DNA of 64,000 bases. It comes from the human T2T-CHM13v2.0 reference genome, Homo sapiens. Positions 25,785 to 42,483 of the stretch are shown here, piece by piece. The notes under the pieces were generated by a model. It was not told the origin of the DNA. It searched no databases and saw nothing but the letters and a program-made list of their open reading frames with translations. The stretch is from the NCBI RefSeq assembly GCF_009914755.1, contig NC_060927.1; one strand, 5' to 3'. The position numbers and the translations under genes are program-made. Position 1 is the first letter of the stretch. The number at the start of each line of letters is the position of its first letter.

Positions 25785-26035
25785 AGAACAACTCATATTT
25801 ATTGAGGGCTCACTATGTGTTAGTGATGTCGGCAGGCTTTGTATGAATTAACTCATTTAATTTTCACAACAGCCCTGTGAGGTAAATGCTATTGTTATTT
25901 CTTGCTTTACAGATGAGGAAACTGTAAAACAGGAAAGTTAAAGAACTTACTCAGGTCACACACCTAATAAGGAAGAAAGCTGGGATTTGACCCCTGGCAG
26001 TCTTAGGCTCTAGAGTCTATGCTGTTAACCAAAAT
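25785..26035. mobile_element. MIR (further MIR fragments near 870-1060, 24540-24735, 25360-25560, 30190-30550, 38725-38960, 44770-44985, 63820-64000)
   Basis: MIR core tttacagatgaggaaactg and variants, including ctcagtttc on the opposite strand. Confidence 0.75.
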
Positions 26036-26319
26036 ACAATTTCACTCTCTACTGAATTTTACCAAATGCTCTGCTGTCCCAGGACTTTCCAGAGCATCAA
26101 TATGCTGTCCTGCACTGTGATTCTTAGAGAAACTTGCAGCTTCCCCACCACCTCACCACTCTTTTGTGGGTGGAGGCTGTCTAGGAGCATTTGGAAGAAG
26201 CTACTAAGGTTCCAAAGAACAACCTTCCACACCAGCGGCTTCTCTGGGTTTGGGCTTCAGCTTGCACAGCTGAGCTGCTTTGAGACTGGGCTTGGTTACC
26301 CTAAGAGAAGAGTGAATGG

Positions 26320-26628
26320 TGACCGGGCATGGTGGTTCACACCTGTAATCCCAGCACTCTGGGAGACCGAGGCAGGCAGATCACTTGAGGCCAGGAGTTT
26401 GAGACCAGCCTGGCTAATATGACAAAACCCTATCTCTACTAAAAACACAAAGACTAGCTGGGCGTGGTGGAGCATGCCTGTAATCCCAGCTACTCGGATG
26501 GCTGAGGCATAAGGATTGCTTGAATCTGGGAGGCAGAGGTTGCAGTGAGCTGAGATGATCGTGCCTCCAACCTGGGTGACAGAGTAGACTCCATCTCAAA
26601 AAATAAATTAATTAAAAAAAAAGAAAAA
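26320..26628 (+). mobile_element. Alu (AluJ or old AluS)
   Basis: Dimeric Alu with degenerate A tail. Confidence 0.9.
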
Positions 26629-26744
26629 AGGAAGAATGCATGGTAACAGAGAATGTGAACAAAAAGCTGATAGCAAATGGATGAGCATGGAATTAGGAAG
26701 AATTCCAACACAAGCATAAGGTGGGTCTCATTAGAAATATTTAA

Positions 26745-27394
<650 letters not shown>

Positions 27395-27419
27395 AAAACT
27401 ATGTTTTAAATATCCTCTT

Positions 27420-28360
27420 TGTCATTTGAAACCAAAAGATGCTATTGTCTTCCTGACCTCTGAGCAGCATTCTGCAGAGCTGGCCCCTTTAACTCCATCC
27501 TTATGCTTGAATACTAAATCTTTGCTTCTATAGCATCAAACTCTCCAGGTGTTCCTTCCACTTCCTTATCAAATTTCTCTGCTGTCTCTTCCTTGTCTAT
27601 TCTGAGTTCTTAGAGCTCAGGCCTACACTCTCTTCTCATGTGTACTTTTATTACCACAAACCAATAATTCCTATTTTTCTTATTTTTGACCCCTCTTCTA
27701 TGGCCATCTCTACCATAATCCAACTGCATGGATTGTACTACTACTATTACTGTTGGCTGCTCTTCCTCATCCCTGATGTCTAATCAACTTGCACATCCTG
27801 CATGGTCCACAGGCTACATTTGTCTCAAATGTGTCCACTTTTCTCAATCCCCACTCCACCATCATCTGTCCAAAGCATCACACTCTCTGGCCTAGACTAA
27901 CTTGTCTCCTCCATTTACTCTTGCTTCTTTCCAGCACCAACTGCAGCAGCCCAAGTTTCATTTGAAAAAGGCAGATCTGATTCTGTTCCCTTAGTGAAGA
28001 CACATCAATGGTTTCCCACTCTTCTTAGAATAAAATTCAAAAGTAATCAACATGGTCTACAAAGCCCTGCATGACTGTGCCATGGCTTCCCTGCCTGGTA
28101 TCTCTCCGTGCCCCACTCCCTCCTGTAGCGGGACTCTGACCAAGCCAGGTGAGGCTCCCACCCTGTGGCACGCTCTTTTAGCATGCCACTCTCCTCCACC
28201 ACGGCAGTCATTGCTGTGATGATAAATGATTACTTGGCTGATTATTTGCTTAGTGCCTGTTTCCCTCACAGATCTAATCGTCACAATGGGAGACTGTATT
28301 TCTAGTGTCTAACATGGTGCCCACACAACAGAGGTGTTCACTGAATATTTGTCAAATGAT
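27420..28360. mobile_element. L2 fragments (others near 31260-31560, 32910-33760, 54540-54900)
   Basis: atcaatggtttcccactcttcttagaataaaattcaaa; L2 3'-end motif gtgttcactgaatatttg / aataaatatttattgaatgaatgaa. Confidence 0.65.
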
Positions 28361-31300
28361 GACCTACAGACCCCAGGAAAAGGTTTTAATTCAACCTTAT
28401 GCTTAAAAACCTCATGCTTAAAAACAACAACAACAATTGAGTCTAACATCCTTGAAAGCCTCAGTCACAATAAAAAGTTAGAGGCTTAGAGAGGGCTGAC
28501 ATTTTTAGGCTGCCAGGTTCTTACTTTGTACATTAATGCTCCATGATTACTGGCCAATAAGATACAGGTGATATCTCTTCAAAAAAAAAAAAAAATTCAT
28601 GGGATGGAGCCAAAGTGTATATTTTTTGGCCAGATAGAACTGGTTATTTTTATAACTGGACAATGTTAGGATGGTCTTGAAGGGCACTACATGAGAATGT
28701 TGGTGTCCTGAAAGAGTCTTGAAAGAATAAAACATACTACCAGGGAGCAGGTGCTTCTGGGGTCTATTTGATTCATTCCTGTGACTTACAGGCACGCTCC
28801 CCAAAATGAAAGTATAGAATGTGCTCAGCAATTTGAAACACATATATAAATCACTAATATCATTTCAGAACTCTTGAGCAGAATCAAACATCACCACAAA
28901 CTTGCTCAAGATTACCAGAGTAGAAGCCTTGACCCCTGAAGGCTCCCATTATTCTTGGATCCTAACTCCATGATACAGAATAAAACAAGATGTATTTTGT
29001 TTATGCCAAGTAATAGAAATTTTTATTGAGCTGAGTAAAACTAGAAGAGGTCCTCCTTGTACTTTTTCTCACCATTGATGGACTCATTCACTTTAGCTGG
29101 GTTTAATCAAGTTCCTGGAACTTTGTTATAGGTTGTACTTCAACAATGGTCAAAAGCTGAGTCTTCTCTCCACCATTTAATTGGCCTGAAGCCACGTCCT
29201 TTTCATAAAGCTGATCAGTGACAACATTCAGTGTATATTCAAAGTCCTTCTAAGAATATACAGACACTGATTTAGAGCTTAGCCAAATCCACATGGTTAC
29301 TCATAAATAGTAAAGGACATGCAGGGCTTCCTTAGAAACCCTCTGGTGGGAGGTGACATTTGAGATCACAAAATACAAAAGCTACAAGCTACATAGTCCT
29401 GTGTGACCAAAGGGGTAGCTAAGTGGGAATGTTTTTCCTACAAAAGGAAAAATGACTCGCAGTGAAATACTCAAGCTGAACTATGGGCTTTAACAGTTTC
29501 TATATGACAATGTAGTCCAAGTTCCTACTCAGGACACCAGAAACACAAGTGGTCACCAAAGGCCAGGGAAGCAGACATAGAAGGGGACCTGGCAGGAGCA
29601 GGACACGGCAGAAGAGTTCCTGGTGGGAGAGAATGTCATGACTAAGGGGTTCAGAATTTACAGCTCTCTGAGTACTTAGTATTCCTTGTTCTTCTCCACT
29701 GCGCTATAGAATAAGATGAAGGATCAAAAGAGAAAGCTGGAATAATCTATCAATGCTCTGTGGCCAGAAGCATTCCTGCTTCTGGTATGGAGCCAAGGCT
29801 CATGCCCATTGGTACATACAGCAAAAGGCTTGTGCCCTCATGCATGCTGGCTGACGTCTTCTGTGCAAGCCAGGATTGACAGGGTGTGTCTCTGGCTGCA
29901 CATGCCTCAGTGAGCTGAACTCTGACTTGCTCCATGGTAGAGGTTCAAGCAAATGCCACAAGAGAAGAGACACAAAGGAGGCCTTGGCAATAGCTCTGAC
30001 TGGGAGCGTGAGACAGAACCCAGGTCAAAGGCGAGCATCTGTTGGCCACAGATTCTGTGCCCTTGCGCAGAACTCCTTAAATGTTCAGGATAAAAGACTA
30101 TAGACATAGAGGCCAGATGAGGGATGTGGAAAAGCATACCAACTTTGACTTATCAGTGGAGACACAGAACACATGCAGTGACTTGGTGCTTAGGCTCTGC
30201 AGGCCAATCCCCTGGATCTGAAACCCGGTTTTCTTCTCAACCTTTAACAAGTTATTAACCTCTCTAAGACTCAGCTGCATTATCTTTAGACTGGAGATTA
30301 TTGTGAGGATTAAATGAGACAATTCGTGTAAAGTACTAAACACAGTACCCTGCAACATGGGACCAATTACTTCCCTCCCTGAACCTCAGTTTCTTCTTTG
30401 TTAAATGGGGATTATGAGTTTTGCATGAGAGATAATCAATACAGGAAAAGAGATAATGATAGTAGATGAGATAGTGGCTATAAGCAAAGCATCCTGCCTG
30501 GTACTTGACATTACTAAAATCACTCAATAATTGTAACCATTGGGTATTATTGTTGCTGGTCTGATACTGATATTTGAAGGACATAATGAGGTTGATGGGA
30601 TTTGCTGCAAACTGGAACTGAGGCCCTTACTGATTTAAACCAGGGAGGCTGGACCTTGATGTACCATTTAAAAAGCAATCTGCTGCTGGTGACTGCAATT
30701 CACCACCCTCTAAATCTTCAGTGGCCACCTGGCAAAGCAAGTGAATTGCTGCAAGCCCGTTAATGAGAAGCAAGCTGGTGTTCGGGAAACCTGTAAAATT
30801 ACTATCCCATTACCGTGCAGTTAGTGCGCCTTTCATCTGCTGCCCAACTTCCCCAATAGATATGCTCTCTCGGTTTCCTAATTGTCTAGAGGCTTTGATT
30901 TATCTGGCAGAGGAAGGAGGCCTGAGATATCTGGGCAAAGTTCTGGGAAGGAGGCTTTAACAAATGTCTGTAAGACCACAAGGTGAGAGTCTGGCCCAGG
31001 ACAAGGCATGCAGCCAACTGTGGCTAGCAGTATGGCTTCCCACACAGATAAGCAGTATCTGCTGCTAAAGGCAGGTCTTGCCCACAGGCTGGAGGACAGG
31101 CCCTGGGTACTAAGGGATGTCTGGGAAAGGATCTGTGAAACATTCTTCCTAGCATTCAGAGCATCAATAGGCAGGTCCTACTCTTCCATACTTGAAATTC
31201 CACTTATCTGCTTATTCACTGTGATCTAGTTAATACCTATATTTCACCTCTCAACTACTGACCCATTCATTCATATATTACTCATTCCACAGATATTTAT

Positions 31301-31778
31301 GAGGCACCTACGACATGCTAGAGATACATCAGGGAATAAAAGAGATAAAATCTCCTTGTCCTGATGGAGCTTAAATTCCAGTAGGGACATTCAGGCATGT
31401 AAAAGTATATGTAGACTATATTTGAAGGTGCTAAGGGCTGTGTAAAAGTAATAAGGCAGGGCAGGGAAATAGGACATGCTGGAGGGAGGGGCTGTGACTT
31501 TAAGTAAAGCTGAGAAGGTGCTGAGAAGGTGATATATGGGCAAGACAGGAAGGGGTGACGGCCTTCACCTGCTTTTCTGAAATGACCACACCACCACAAA
31601 AAGCAAGGGAAGCCTTTTGTTTGTAAGAGCATTCAGGACTTATCTGCCCTTGCAGTCAACCCCTTTGTGCCTCTAAGCTCTGTGTGCTCACAGGTGGGAT
31701 GTGGGCCCCCAGGGAATGCTTGGAGAGTGACCACAACTGAGAGGCTTGGGGTCAGAGGTGGCCCGAGCAGGTCCTCAC

Positions 31779-31983
31779 CTCCTCCAGCCGCCGCCTCTGC
31801 TCTTTCTGCTCCTCGATGCGCTTCTGACGCTCGGCCAGCAGCTGCCGCTTGTGCTCCTCATTCTCCCGCTGCTGCTGCTCCAGCTGCTGCCTCCGTAGGG
31901 CCTCAGAACGCTCCTTGTTGGCCAGCTGCAGCCTCAGAAAGTCCCTCCGCAGCGTCGACTCCCCTGGCAGATTCAGGATGGAG
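31779..31983 (-). CDS. TNIK: TNIK coding exon (inferred exon 12), 205 nt, start of coiled coil
   Basis: Encodes [68 protein letters not shown]. Acceptor cccacAG, donor GAG|GTGAGG. Confidence 0.96.
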
Positions 31984-34900
31984 CTGTGGGTAGGAGAGAG
32001 TGATCAGGATCCCACGTGGGGCAGGGGCCATGGCTACCAAGAGGCCTTGGAGGAGGAAAGCGGGACAAATGATTCACCCACACACAGGGAAAGAAGAGCA
32101 CAGGCTCCTAGATCCTCCGCTAATTCAATCATTCACCCCAAAGAAACAGCATCAGGATAAGAGACCTGCCTCCCTTTCAGTACGACTGTGGCCAACAAAT
32201 GCTGCCTCCATCCATAGAGGGATGTCACATTCTCAGAGTTGTCACCTTCTCCAGGACTGTCCACACCACTCCCTCATCCTTGGGACGTGGCAAAGATTTG
32301 TTTTTAAAGACTTTAGCCAGTGTGCAAGCCATGAGCCCCAGACTGGATTATTTTCAATAAAAATGGACAATGGTGGGCAACAAGGGTACTCAGACAAGCA
32401 CAGATCGGCCTCACCCACACCACCCCCTCACACCAAACCCCATGAGGCAGAGGCCAGGCTGCTCCTGTGAAGCCACGATGAGCTAGCGATGGAAAACCCT
32501 TGAGTCAAGGTCAACACAGAGCCAGGATCTGAGCCCAAGCCTGCTGAGTCCAAGTCAGGGTTTGCCTGACTGTACCACACTTAAAGGGCTTGGTTTGGCT
32601 CTGGCCACAGCAGATGCAGCTAGGACTTCAACCCAGCTCATTGGTTCCTAGATTCTGTTTAGGTAACAGTTTTGTCTTCTGTAAAATGGTGGTTGTACAT
32701 GAATGTGTGTGCATACGACAGAGATCGAGAGGACATAAATAAGTTCTACCTACTTCGCTGGTGGTCCTGGGCTGCCCTGCTCGCAGGTGAACAACTAAAT
32801 GTTACAGACTCCTTGATTCTGCACAGCAGCCTAAGAGGGAGCTAAGAAATGACTTCTGTTTATTCAAACGTAGCCCTTTTAATCTTTCTGGAAGCTTCCA
32901 TTTGAAATAAATCTATTAAACACATATTTACGGAGCACCTGCTATGTGGCAGTCACTGTAGTAAGCTCTAAGGATACGGCAGTTGCTAGATAAATTCTCC
33001 CTTTAAAGTTATCTTCTTATGGGACACACACACAGACAAATAATTTCAGGTATTAATAGGCTCTATAGAAGACTAAAATTGTAATTGTTTCAGTGACAGT
33101 GGCTGGGAGCTGAGGTAAGCTTTGAGGCCTTACTTTAGATGGGTGGTCAGAAAGACCTCTCTGGGAAGGAAGCAGTTGATGAAGAAGGAAGAACGTTCCA
33201 GGCAGAGGGAAAAGCAGGTTTAGAGGCCTGAGAGGAAAACAGGGGTGCACCCTATTTTTGAGCAACTGAACACCAGCCCGGCTTCCCAGAGCAGAGTGAA
33301 TGAGAGGGAGAAGGGTATGAGAGGAGGTCAGAGAGATAGGTGCGGGGCCGCGACAGCCATGCAGGCACGGGAAGGTTTTATGCAGAAGAGCAACATGAGC
33401 AGATGGGTTTGGCTGCTAAATGGATGACCTAGCGAGGGGTACAGGGGCAAGCACAGCAAGCCGGACTGCTGCTGCAGAGTGGTTCTGGGGTGGGGACACC
33501 ACCCAGGGCGAGAGCAGAGCGGGTGGAGGAGGGAAGGAGCGTTTGGGGATAGAGGTCACGAAGCCTGTGGACAGATCTGACATGTGGAGTGAGGGATGAC
33601 TTGCAGGTTCTGTCTTGGTGGCTGGGTGACGGTGGTAACGAGAACAGGAATGAGGAATGCTGAGGGAGGAGCAAGTTTCGTGGCAGTTAACAAGAGGACC
33701 AAGGATCGGTTTTGGAGAGTAGTTAGTGTGCTGTGTGAGATACTGCCATGAAAAGACATAAAAAGGCTTTGTTCGTGATGTTCCATAGACAATGCTTGGC
33801 GTCTACTCACAAGCCTTCTCTAAAACTTAGAGCCTTTGTGTCAAACTCTAAAACCCCAAACGATGGTGCTTATCTACACAGGCCACTTGCCCTGTGCAGA
33901 GGGGAGGGACTTGGGAACCCAGCCTCCCATGCACACGAGGATGCTCCATTAATATTAATTGATATTGAATCAATGTCAGAAGATCTGAGCTGTGTTAGTG
34001 ACTCAATCATTAACTCTGTGTGTGACCTGGGTGCAACCCTTAGGCTGTCGCCTCATTTCTAAAATGAGATAACCATTGTCCTTTTCTATTTTTCAGGATT
34101 TCATGAAGATTAATTAGATACGTCCATAAAAACAGGACTTGGACTTAAAGTATAATAACAACAACAACAGGACTTGGAACATAATCTTCAGCGTGATATA
34201 ATGACATGTTATAATTACGGAAGTGTTAAGGTACGGCTGGGCTGGCTCGTTGAGTGACTCCTAATATGCAGTTTAGCAAGTGTTAGAAAGACAGGGTTTC
34301 TCAGTTCTACAGAAAGTGGTCAGAAGGCTGACACAGTAACCTTTTGGGTAAGCTTTTGAACACTGGTGTACAACTTCTCTGAAAGCAGGGCGTTTGGTCC
34401 TCTGCCTTTCAGGAATGTTCATTTTCTATGTCACTACTTGGCAGTCATCTTCTTTATGCAGCTAAACCGGGGACGGCCAACATGCTATGTATCAGATGGT
34501 AGGAAAGAAGTATTCGGTCTTTGACCTTGAGGAATCCTGTGGCAGGTGAAGAGAGAAAAACTGGATGGCTCTGAAAGCTCAGTTCCATCTTCTTATAGAA
34601 GCTTAGCAAGAATCCAGCTCAGTAGGTCTGAGTTAGCATAAAAAAAGAACACATGGTATCTGGCTCATTCTAGCAGTGGTGGCTAAGCTGGCCCCTTTTC
34701 TGGTCAGAAAGCTCTCCCTCAGTGGTACAGGAACTGATCCTTCTGGAGCATTAGGGTCCACTCCTTGGATGGCTTGAGGAGGGAGGCCACACCTCAATGA
34801 GTCTTCTGCTTGTGCAATTCCCCCCAAGTCTTACTTCACATGTATACTGCATGGCACCATGGGATGTGGGCCTGCCCTCCTTGACTCACCAAGCTGAATT

Positions 34901-35588
34901 CGCTCACCAAAGAGATATCCTGGCAGTGCAAGCACACTAACCTTAATTACTTATAAACACAGACTAGAAGAAAGTCAGAATCAAAGTCAAGTGGAATTCA
35001 AAATGTAGGCATGACAATAAAACAGCCCTGGATTCTGAGGTCCAACAGGTGACAACAGGAATGGCCCAAAAGTATTTGTTTGGAGTTCATCTCTACATAT
35101 AATTTGATTTTCTGAAAATCACTTTCTCCTGGATTAGGCTGCAATGAAAATACCAAGGCATGTGACAAGGACAGTGGCTACCCGAATGGGCTTCTCAAAG
35201 GTGTGAAGTAACGAACTGAATAACGCAAGTCCGAAAATACCACTTAGGTCTCTAGAAAGTTGCAGTTTTAAGTATTTTTAGTCCTGCATTGCCCAGATAA
35301 TTAGCCTTCTACCCATTCTACGTGTTACATATGTAAGAAAACAAGCTCTTACGATAGAGACCATAAATCTTGGGGGACAAGATAAAGAATATGCTGATTT
35401 CCACGTTTTCGTAATGGTCTGCCTAGGGAAATTTTCCCAAATTAATGAGTATGTTCATGGGAAATAAATTAAATAAGACCACCCTGGTGGATTCTTAAAA
35501 ACGAACCTATAAATCAAAAGGAAAGTGAATTTCACACAAGCACAATTCAGAATGTGAACATTAGAAGACTTGGCTTTTGCTCTCATAC

Positions 35589-35655
35589 CTGGGCTCTCCT
35601 GAGTCATTCTCCTCCTCTTCTTCCTCACTTCCACTGTACTCATACTCTGTCTCAT
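35589..35655 (-). CDS. TNIK: TNIK coding exon (inferred exon 11), 67 nt, acidic linker
   Basis: Encodes (D)ETEYEYSGSEEEEEENDSGEP(S). Acceptor ttcttcAG, donor AG|GTATGA. Confidence 0.96.
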
Positions 35656-35955
35656 CTGAAGAAAGATCCCAGCATGTTAGTGCACAAAAAGATGCTATGG
35701 CTCAGTAAAGCCCAACCCCGTCTCTTATATATAAATAAATAGACACCCAAAGAGTTGTAGTTAACACAGCGCTGGAACGGTCTCCAGGCTTGTGATTTAA
35801 TGGTTCCCATAAGTATATGAAATTAACCACATTCAAGGCTGTCTCGGCTGACTCTAGATATCTGTCCCCAGTGCCTAGTGTTCACATGAGAAGGAATTAA
35901 AAAATAATTTTTTAATTTTTTTATTAATTTAATTTCAATTAAAAATAACTTGTTT

Positions 35956-36301
<346 letters not shown>

Positions 36302-36458
36302 TCAAACCCATTGGCCCTTTGTAACTTATTGATGGTATTAACCATTTTTAAAGTAGGATTTTATTATGACTTACATGGACTTGCAAACTGTCTTTAGACT
36401 ATTTTGCTAAGTGCAACAAAGAAACTTTTGACAATAGGTGCTATTAAAAATATATAGT

Positions 36459-36759
<301 letters not shown>

Positions 36760-39289
36760 TTAAAAAATGTATATCTATATTTAAAATGTGTTTTGATTGA
36801 TCCACTAGGGACAGTCCTTTAATTCAGCAAAATGGGAAGCAGTTTACATGTGTGAATGAATAAGATTGAGGCTTGCCTTGGAAGAGATCAAATCTAATAT
36901 GTGAGATGAGTAAATATCAGAGCCTTCATGATTGTGAAGAAAGGGAAGGAATATTTAGTGGGTATCTCCCACACCAGTCACTACTGCTAGATATTTTACT
37001 CTGTTCTCTCATTTATTTTTCATAATAACCCTCCAAATTAGTGTCTATTTTTCAAGCAAGAATACTGAAATTACAAGAGGTTAAGTAATATAACCAATGT
37101 TATCTCATTAATAAAAGGTCAATCTAGGATTTGGATTTAGAATTCAATCCAGAACTTTTCCAACTTAAAAAATAGTGCTCTTTCCAACATTTTATATGCT
37201 AAATAGCAGTACATATAAAGAGCAATGAGATATCAAAGAAAGGAACAGCTAGTGCCACTGGTCATAATGGAGGAAGAGACTTGAAGTCTTTGGAGAAAAA
37301 ATGAACTGGGCTTTGGAAGGTCAGTGGCCCTTCTCCAGGCAGTTAGCAGCTGGCACTTGTGGGAAAAGGACACTCTAAGCAACATATCCACATGAGTAAG
37401 GCTGGCAGTATTACAGTGCATAATATGTTCAGGAAACAATGAGCTGTGAGTAGTTAGGTGCCTGGGTGTGAGAAAACCTTATGGAGGGACAAAGGCTGGC
37501 AGGGATGAAATGGCTCACTGATTCTTATAAATGCCATGCTGAGAACTTTCCTATTGGCAATGAGGAACCCTTGGAGGAGCTTTTAAGCAAAGGAAGGTGT
37601 CACATTACTCCTATCTCTTCATAGCTGTAGGTTAATAATTACAACCTTGAAGACATTTGCACATCCCTAAAAAGAAACTGAAACTGCAATTTAGTTATGT
37701 TACCACCAGGAGGCAGCAGTCACACAGTGAGAATGCTCAGATTTGATAAACATGCCTTGCTTTTCACACTAGCCATTAAAGAGATAATGAAGGAAAGCCA
37801 AAAGTTTGATGAGTTCAAGTGTATTTTTAAAATCACAACTTAGCTTCATACATTTAGGTATGTATGAAGCTTTCAGGCTACTTATTTTTAAAATATTAGT
37901 TCACCAAAATATAAAGAACCTGCATAAAGCATTTTAATACTCCACCCTAAAAATGAAATATTCCAAACTTTTTCAAAATGAATAAACAGATTTCAAAGTA
38001 AAAATGCAGAAATTTTATCTAATAAAGGAAATTACAGCAAGGAAAAGAAGCACACAATTATTCCAATTACTTCTACTCTCTAGGGTAAATCCTTCATTTG
38101 TCAGGCTTCTCAATTTAATATTTAATACTTCACCAAAATTTGCTTTTGACTGCTTTTATATTACTGGGTTAAATTGGCATGTGTCAGCATATGTTAGGGA
38201 AAAAATATCAGGTTGAAAAAAATCACAAATAATGCAAAATAGAATTGCTTTGATTGATTCTACCAAAAGTTGGTCATAGAACAACTAAGAAAGTGAAAAG
38301 TAATATTAGAGCAAACTAAGTCATTTGATTAAACTGAACAAATGGAATTAGATCTCATTTGATCAAACACCATTCCTTGGGGAGCAGACAAAAAGGAGAC
38401 TAGAACTGTGATTCTGGTGGCCCTAAGCCTAAACAGGCTTAGATTCCTTAAATTACTACATAACTCTTGAACATACCTATTCCCAAGAATCTTACTTTTC
38501 CACTCTGCAGAGAACAAACACATTAAAAATGATCTATCTTCATGGCATGGTGAGTTCTGAGTCACATTCCAGAGTTTGTGCCCCACAAAATGTGGAAACA
38601 ACCTGAGGCACAGGCTTCAATCACTCTTATTTATGCCCCAGAGGGAGATGGGTCATGAGTTCTCACAAAGTACTCTGAGTAAGTGATGAAAAAGTATGGG
38701 TCAATAAGTAATTGCCTACATAAGAATAACTGATATTTACTGAGTGCATCTATGTCCTGGACATTATGTCAAGCATTTTAAATGCATTACCTCGTTTAAT
38801 CTTTGCAACTATTTGAGGCAGTAGATATTAGTAGTATACTCTCAATCTTATTTTAAAGATGAGAAAACTGGAGTGATGTTCACATAACTGATAAGGGGCA
38901 GAGTTAGAATTTGAACCCAGAATATGAATCTGAAAACAGTCTGAGCACTTAAACTATGCTATATATTCACCGTATAATAAAATGTCCTTTTGAGAGAAGT
39001 TAGCATTTAATGGTTGCATGTCTGACACACTGCCCTAAAATATGCCCTTAAAAATTCTGACTTCATGGAGTAGCCCAAGACCACCATGGACAAGGAGCAA
39101 TTGAAAAATCAGTCCTGGAACTTTTGAGTTTGACCTATGTATTTCTCTTCATGCCTAGTTCCTCCAGCTTGGGCTGGCCTCCCAGCTCCTTAGGGTCTAA
39201 TTGACATCTTATTAACTGCAGATGAGCCACCGTTTTGGCCTAGCTTCACAACAATGTATGATAGTCTAAGCTGATCATACATTCCTTCA

Positions 39290-39755
<466 letters not shown>

Positions 39756-40319
39756 GGAACTCTTTCTGGAACCTTCACTGAGATTCTCTCATCCTGCCTT
39801 AGCCCTCTGCTGATCTTACCTCTCCAATCCAGTCTCAACTTTCATACTGCTCACCGCCCCCACCGCTAGTCCCCAGCTTGTGTTATGGGTATTAACTGCA
39901 GAGGCAAAGAAGAAAGGAAATGCAAATAACAGAAAGGCAGCCTCTGTCCTGTCTGTGGGCTACCCTCCGCTACTGCCTCTGAACTGAAGAGAGGAGAGAA
40001 ATGGAGAGGAAGGAAGCAAGAACAAGCACATCACCATGTGCCTCCCCTCCCATCCTCAGTCTCTGGTCTTCCTCTCTACTGTCCACTCACCACACTGTTA
40101 ATGCTCAGCTTTCCAGCCTCACACTGCCTTTCACTGCTATCCTCCCGGCAGCAACCCCCTCCTGCTGTCTACCCAGAAAGCCCTCACTGCTGTCCTCTCC
40201 ATTTCTCTCTTCCCATACTCTAACTTGCCCTACCTCAGCTAGCCATTAAACCTGCTCCAGACCATGCAAGTTTTTACCTTGGTCATGGTGCAGTCAATAT
40301 GCTAGTCAATCTCCAAGAA

Positions 40320-40486
40320 CAAATTTGTCTTCCTTTAGAAAGGTACTGTTTCCTCAAAGATAAATCCTATGCCAGAGAGGCACAGGGTAGGGGAGTGCTG
40401 GTGAGAGATACCATACCGATGATTATGGCAGCAAGCACACAATGTAGTAGAAATTAGTGGTGAACCTTAGCTATGACTCATGAGTT
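40320..40486. repeat. Copy 1 of a ~165-bp diverged direct repeat
   Basis: Aligns colinearly with 42321-42483. Confidence 0.9.
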
Positions 40487-41410
40487 GTTAATTGGAATGC
40501 AAAGTTCAAAAGTGATTCTGAAATTACTGGTTTCAAAATTTGCCTAATGAAAATTCTCTTCACCATATAAGAATCTTGCTCATTTCTACAAAATGCACTC
40601 CCCTTACCCATCCAACCTTAGTTTCACTTTTCTTTGGCTTGCATTTTGTCTCATTTGGCAGCTCACCTCAATGTTCCCTAATATACAGTATTAGCATACC
40701 ATTTCTATGCTAGTTAAAAATGTAAGCTTCCATTCAAAAAGGTAGGGTGCAGCCTGAGACTCCAAGTTTGGACTCATGTTCTTTCAATGATGCAGTGAAG
40801 AGACAGTGACATATAAGAGCTAGAGTCACAAAGATGTGCTTTTGCATATATAAAATAAAGAAGTGTGTTAAATGACCTTCAGCTCAAAATCTGATGTTCC
40901 ATTCAGCAAGCCTGGCAACCTAATGATCTTTTCTATCACTGCAACTATAAAAAAATTATTTCTGACTTCTAAATAACAGAATTAGAAATGAGCCTCAGAG
41001 CACATAAATTTAAATGTTGAAGAATGTCAGTACAGAAAAATGTCAACTAGATGAATTTTTTTCTTTAGGTTATCTGTCTTCTGTAGAGTTTTAGTCTTCT
41101 AAACATGAATATTAATTTGAATTAAGAAAATCACTTGTCATATTAAAGTACTTCATAGTATCATTCAACATGACTTTGTTCAGTGCCTGGCAGAGGTAAT
41201 GTTTCTTGCAGTTCTATTTTTTTCATGAAAGATTCTACTTCAATAGTCTCACGCCACTGATGCCCAGAGGCTGTGGTCTCAGAGACAGCCCCTCGCACTA
41301 AAGAATAATGCAGGCCCATTTGAAATCCCCATAGTCACCTCCAAATACATCAAGCGCCCATGATTCACTCCATCTTTTGTTTCTGCTGCTGAAATACAAA
41401 TGTGCGTCTA

Positions 41411-41680
<270 letters not shown>

Positions 41681-42320
41681 TTAAGGTCCAATTGGCTGGC
41701 ATAGGGATCATCCACTAATCAGAAAACAGTTGTAGCACTATATTAGGCATAATGGGTTCAAAGGCATCATCATCATCAACGTGCAATTGAGGTAGCAGAA
41801 GGTAGTTATGCACATGAAAGCATTTTTGCACAATTTATATGTAACATTACATAGCAGACCAAAAGGACGCAGGGAAGAAAAAGACCCCTATGGGAATCAC
41901 ATCTAGAAGGGCTATTGGAATAAGGAAACCATAGCTGGGCCTTTAAAAATTAGGAGAAAATCACTCTGGGGAAAGGATAGTTCAGATATGTAGGATGACA
42001 GTGAAAAACTCAGGCTAGGATGAGAATAATGTATGTTGGGGGACACTGAGGTGAGCCACTTAAATAAGGCAGAAGATGCAAGCTGGAGGAAAGTAAAACC
42101 AGGGTTGGATAGGTAACAGGGAGTGCATTTCGTAGAAATGAGCAAGATTTTTATATGATGAAGTGAACTTTGATTAGGCAAACTTTGTAACCAGTAGTTT
42201 CAGAATCACTTTTGAACGCTGCTTTCCAAGGAATAAGAACATATAAGTATATGTGTACCTTTGTCGTTAACTCAAGGACTTAGACATTTAACTTTAAAGA
42301 ATTAAGTTCACACCCAGATG

Positions 42321-42483
42321 CAAATTTATCTTCCTCTAGAAAGGCAATATTTCCTCAAAGATAAACCCCACGCCAGAGACCTGGCAGGGGAGAGCTGGCG
42401 AGAGATACCATACCTACGATTATGGCAGTAAGGCCACAATGTGGCAGAAATTAATGGTGGACTTCAGCCGTGATTCATGAGTT
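42321..42483. repeat. Copy 2 of a ~165-bp diverged direct repeat
   Basis: Shared blocks tttcctcaaagataaa, gagagataccatacc, gattatggcag, tcatgagtt. Confidence 0.9.
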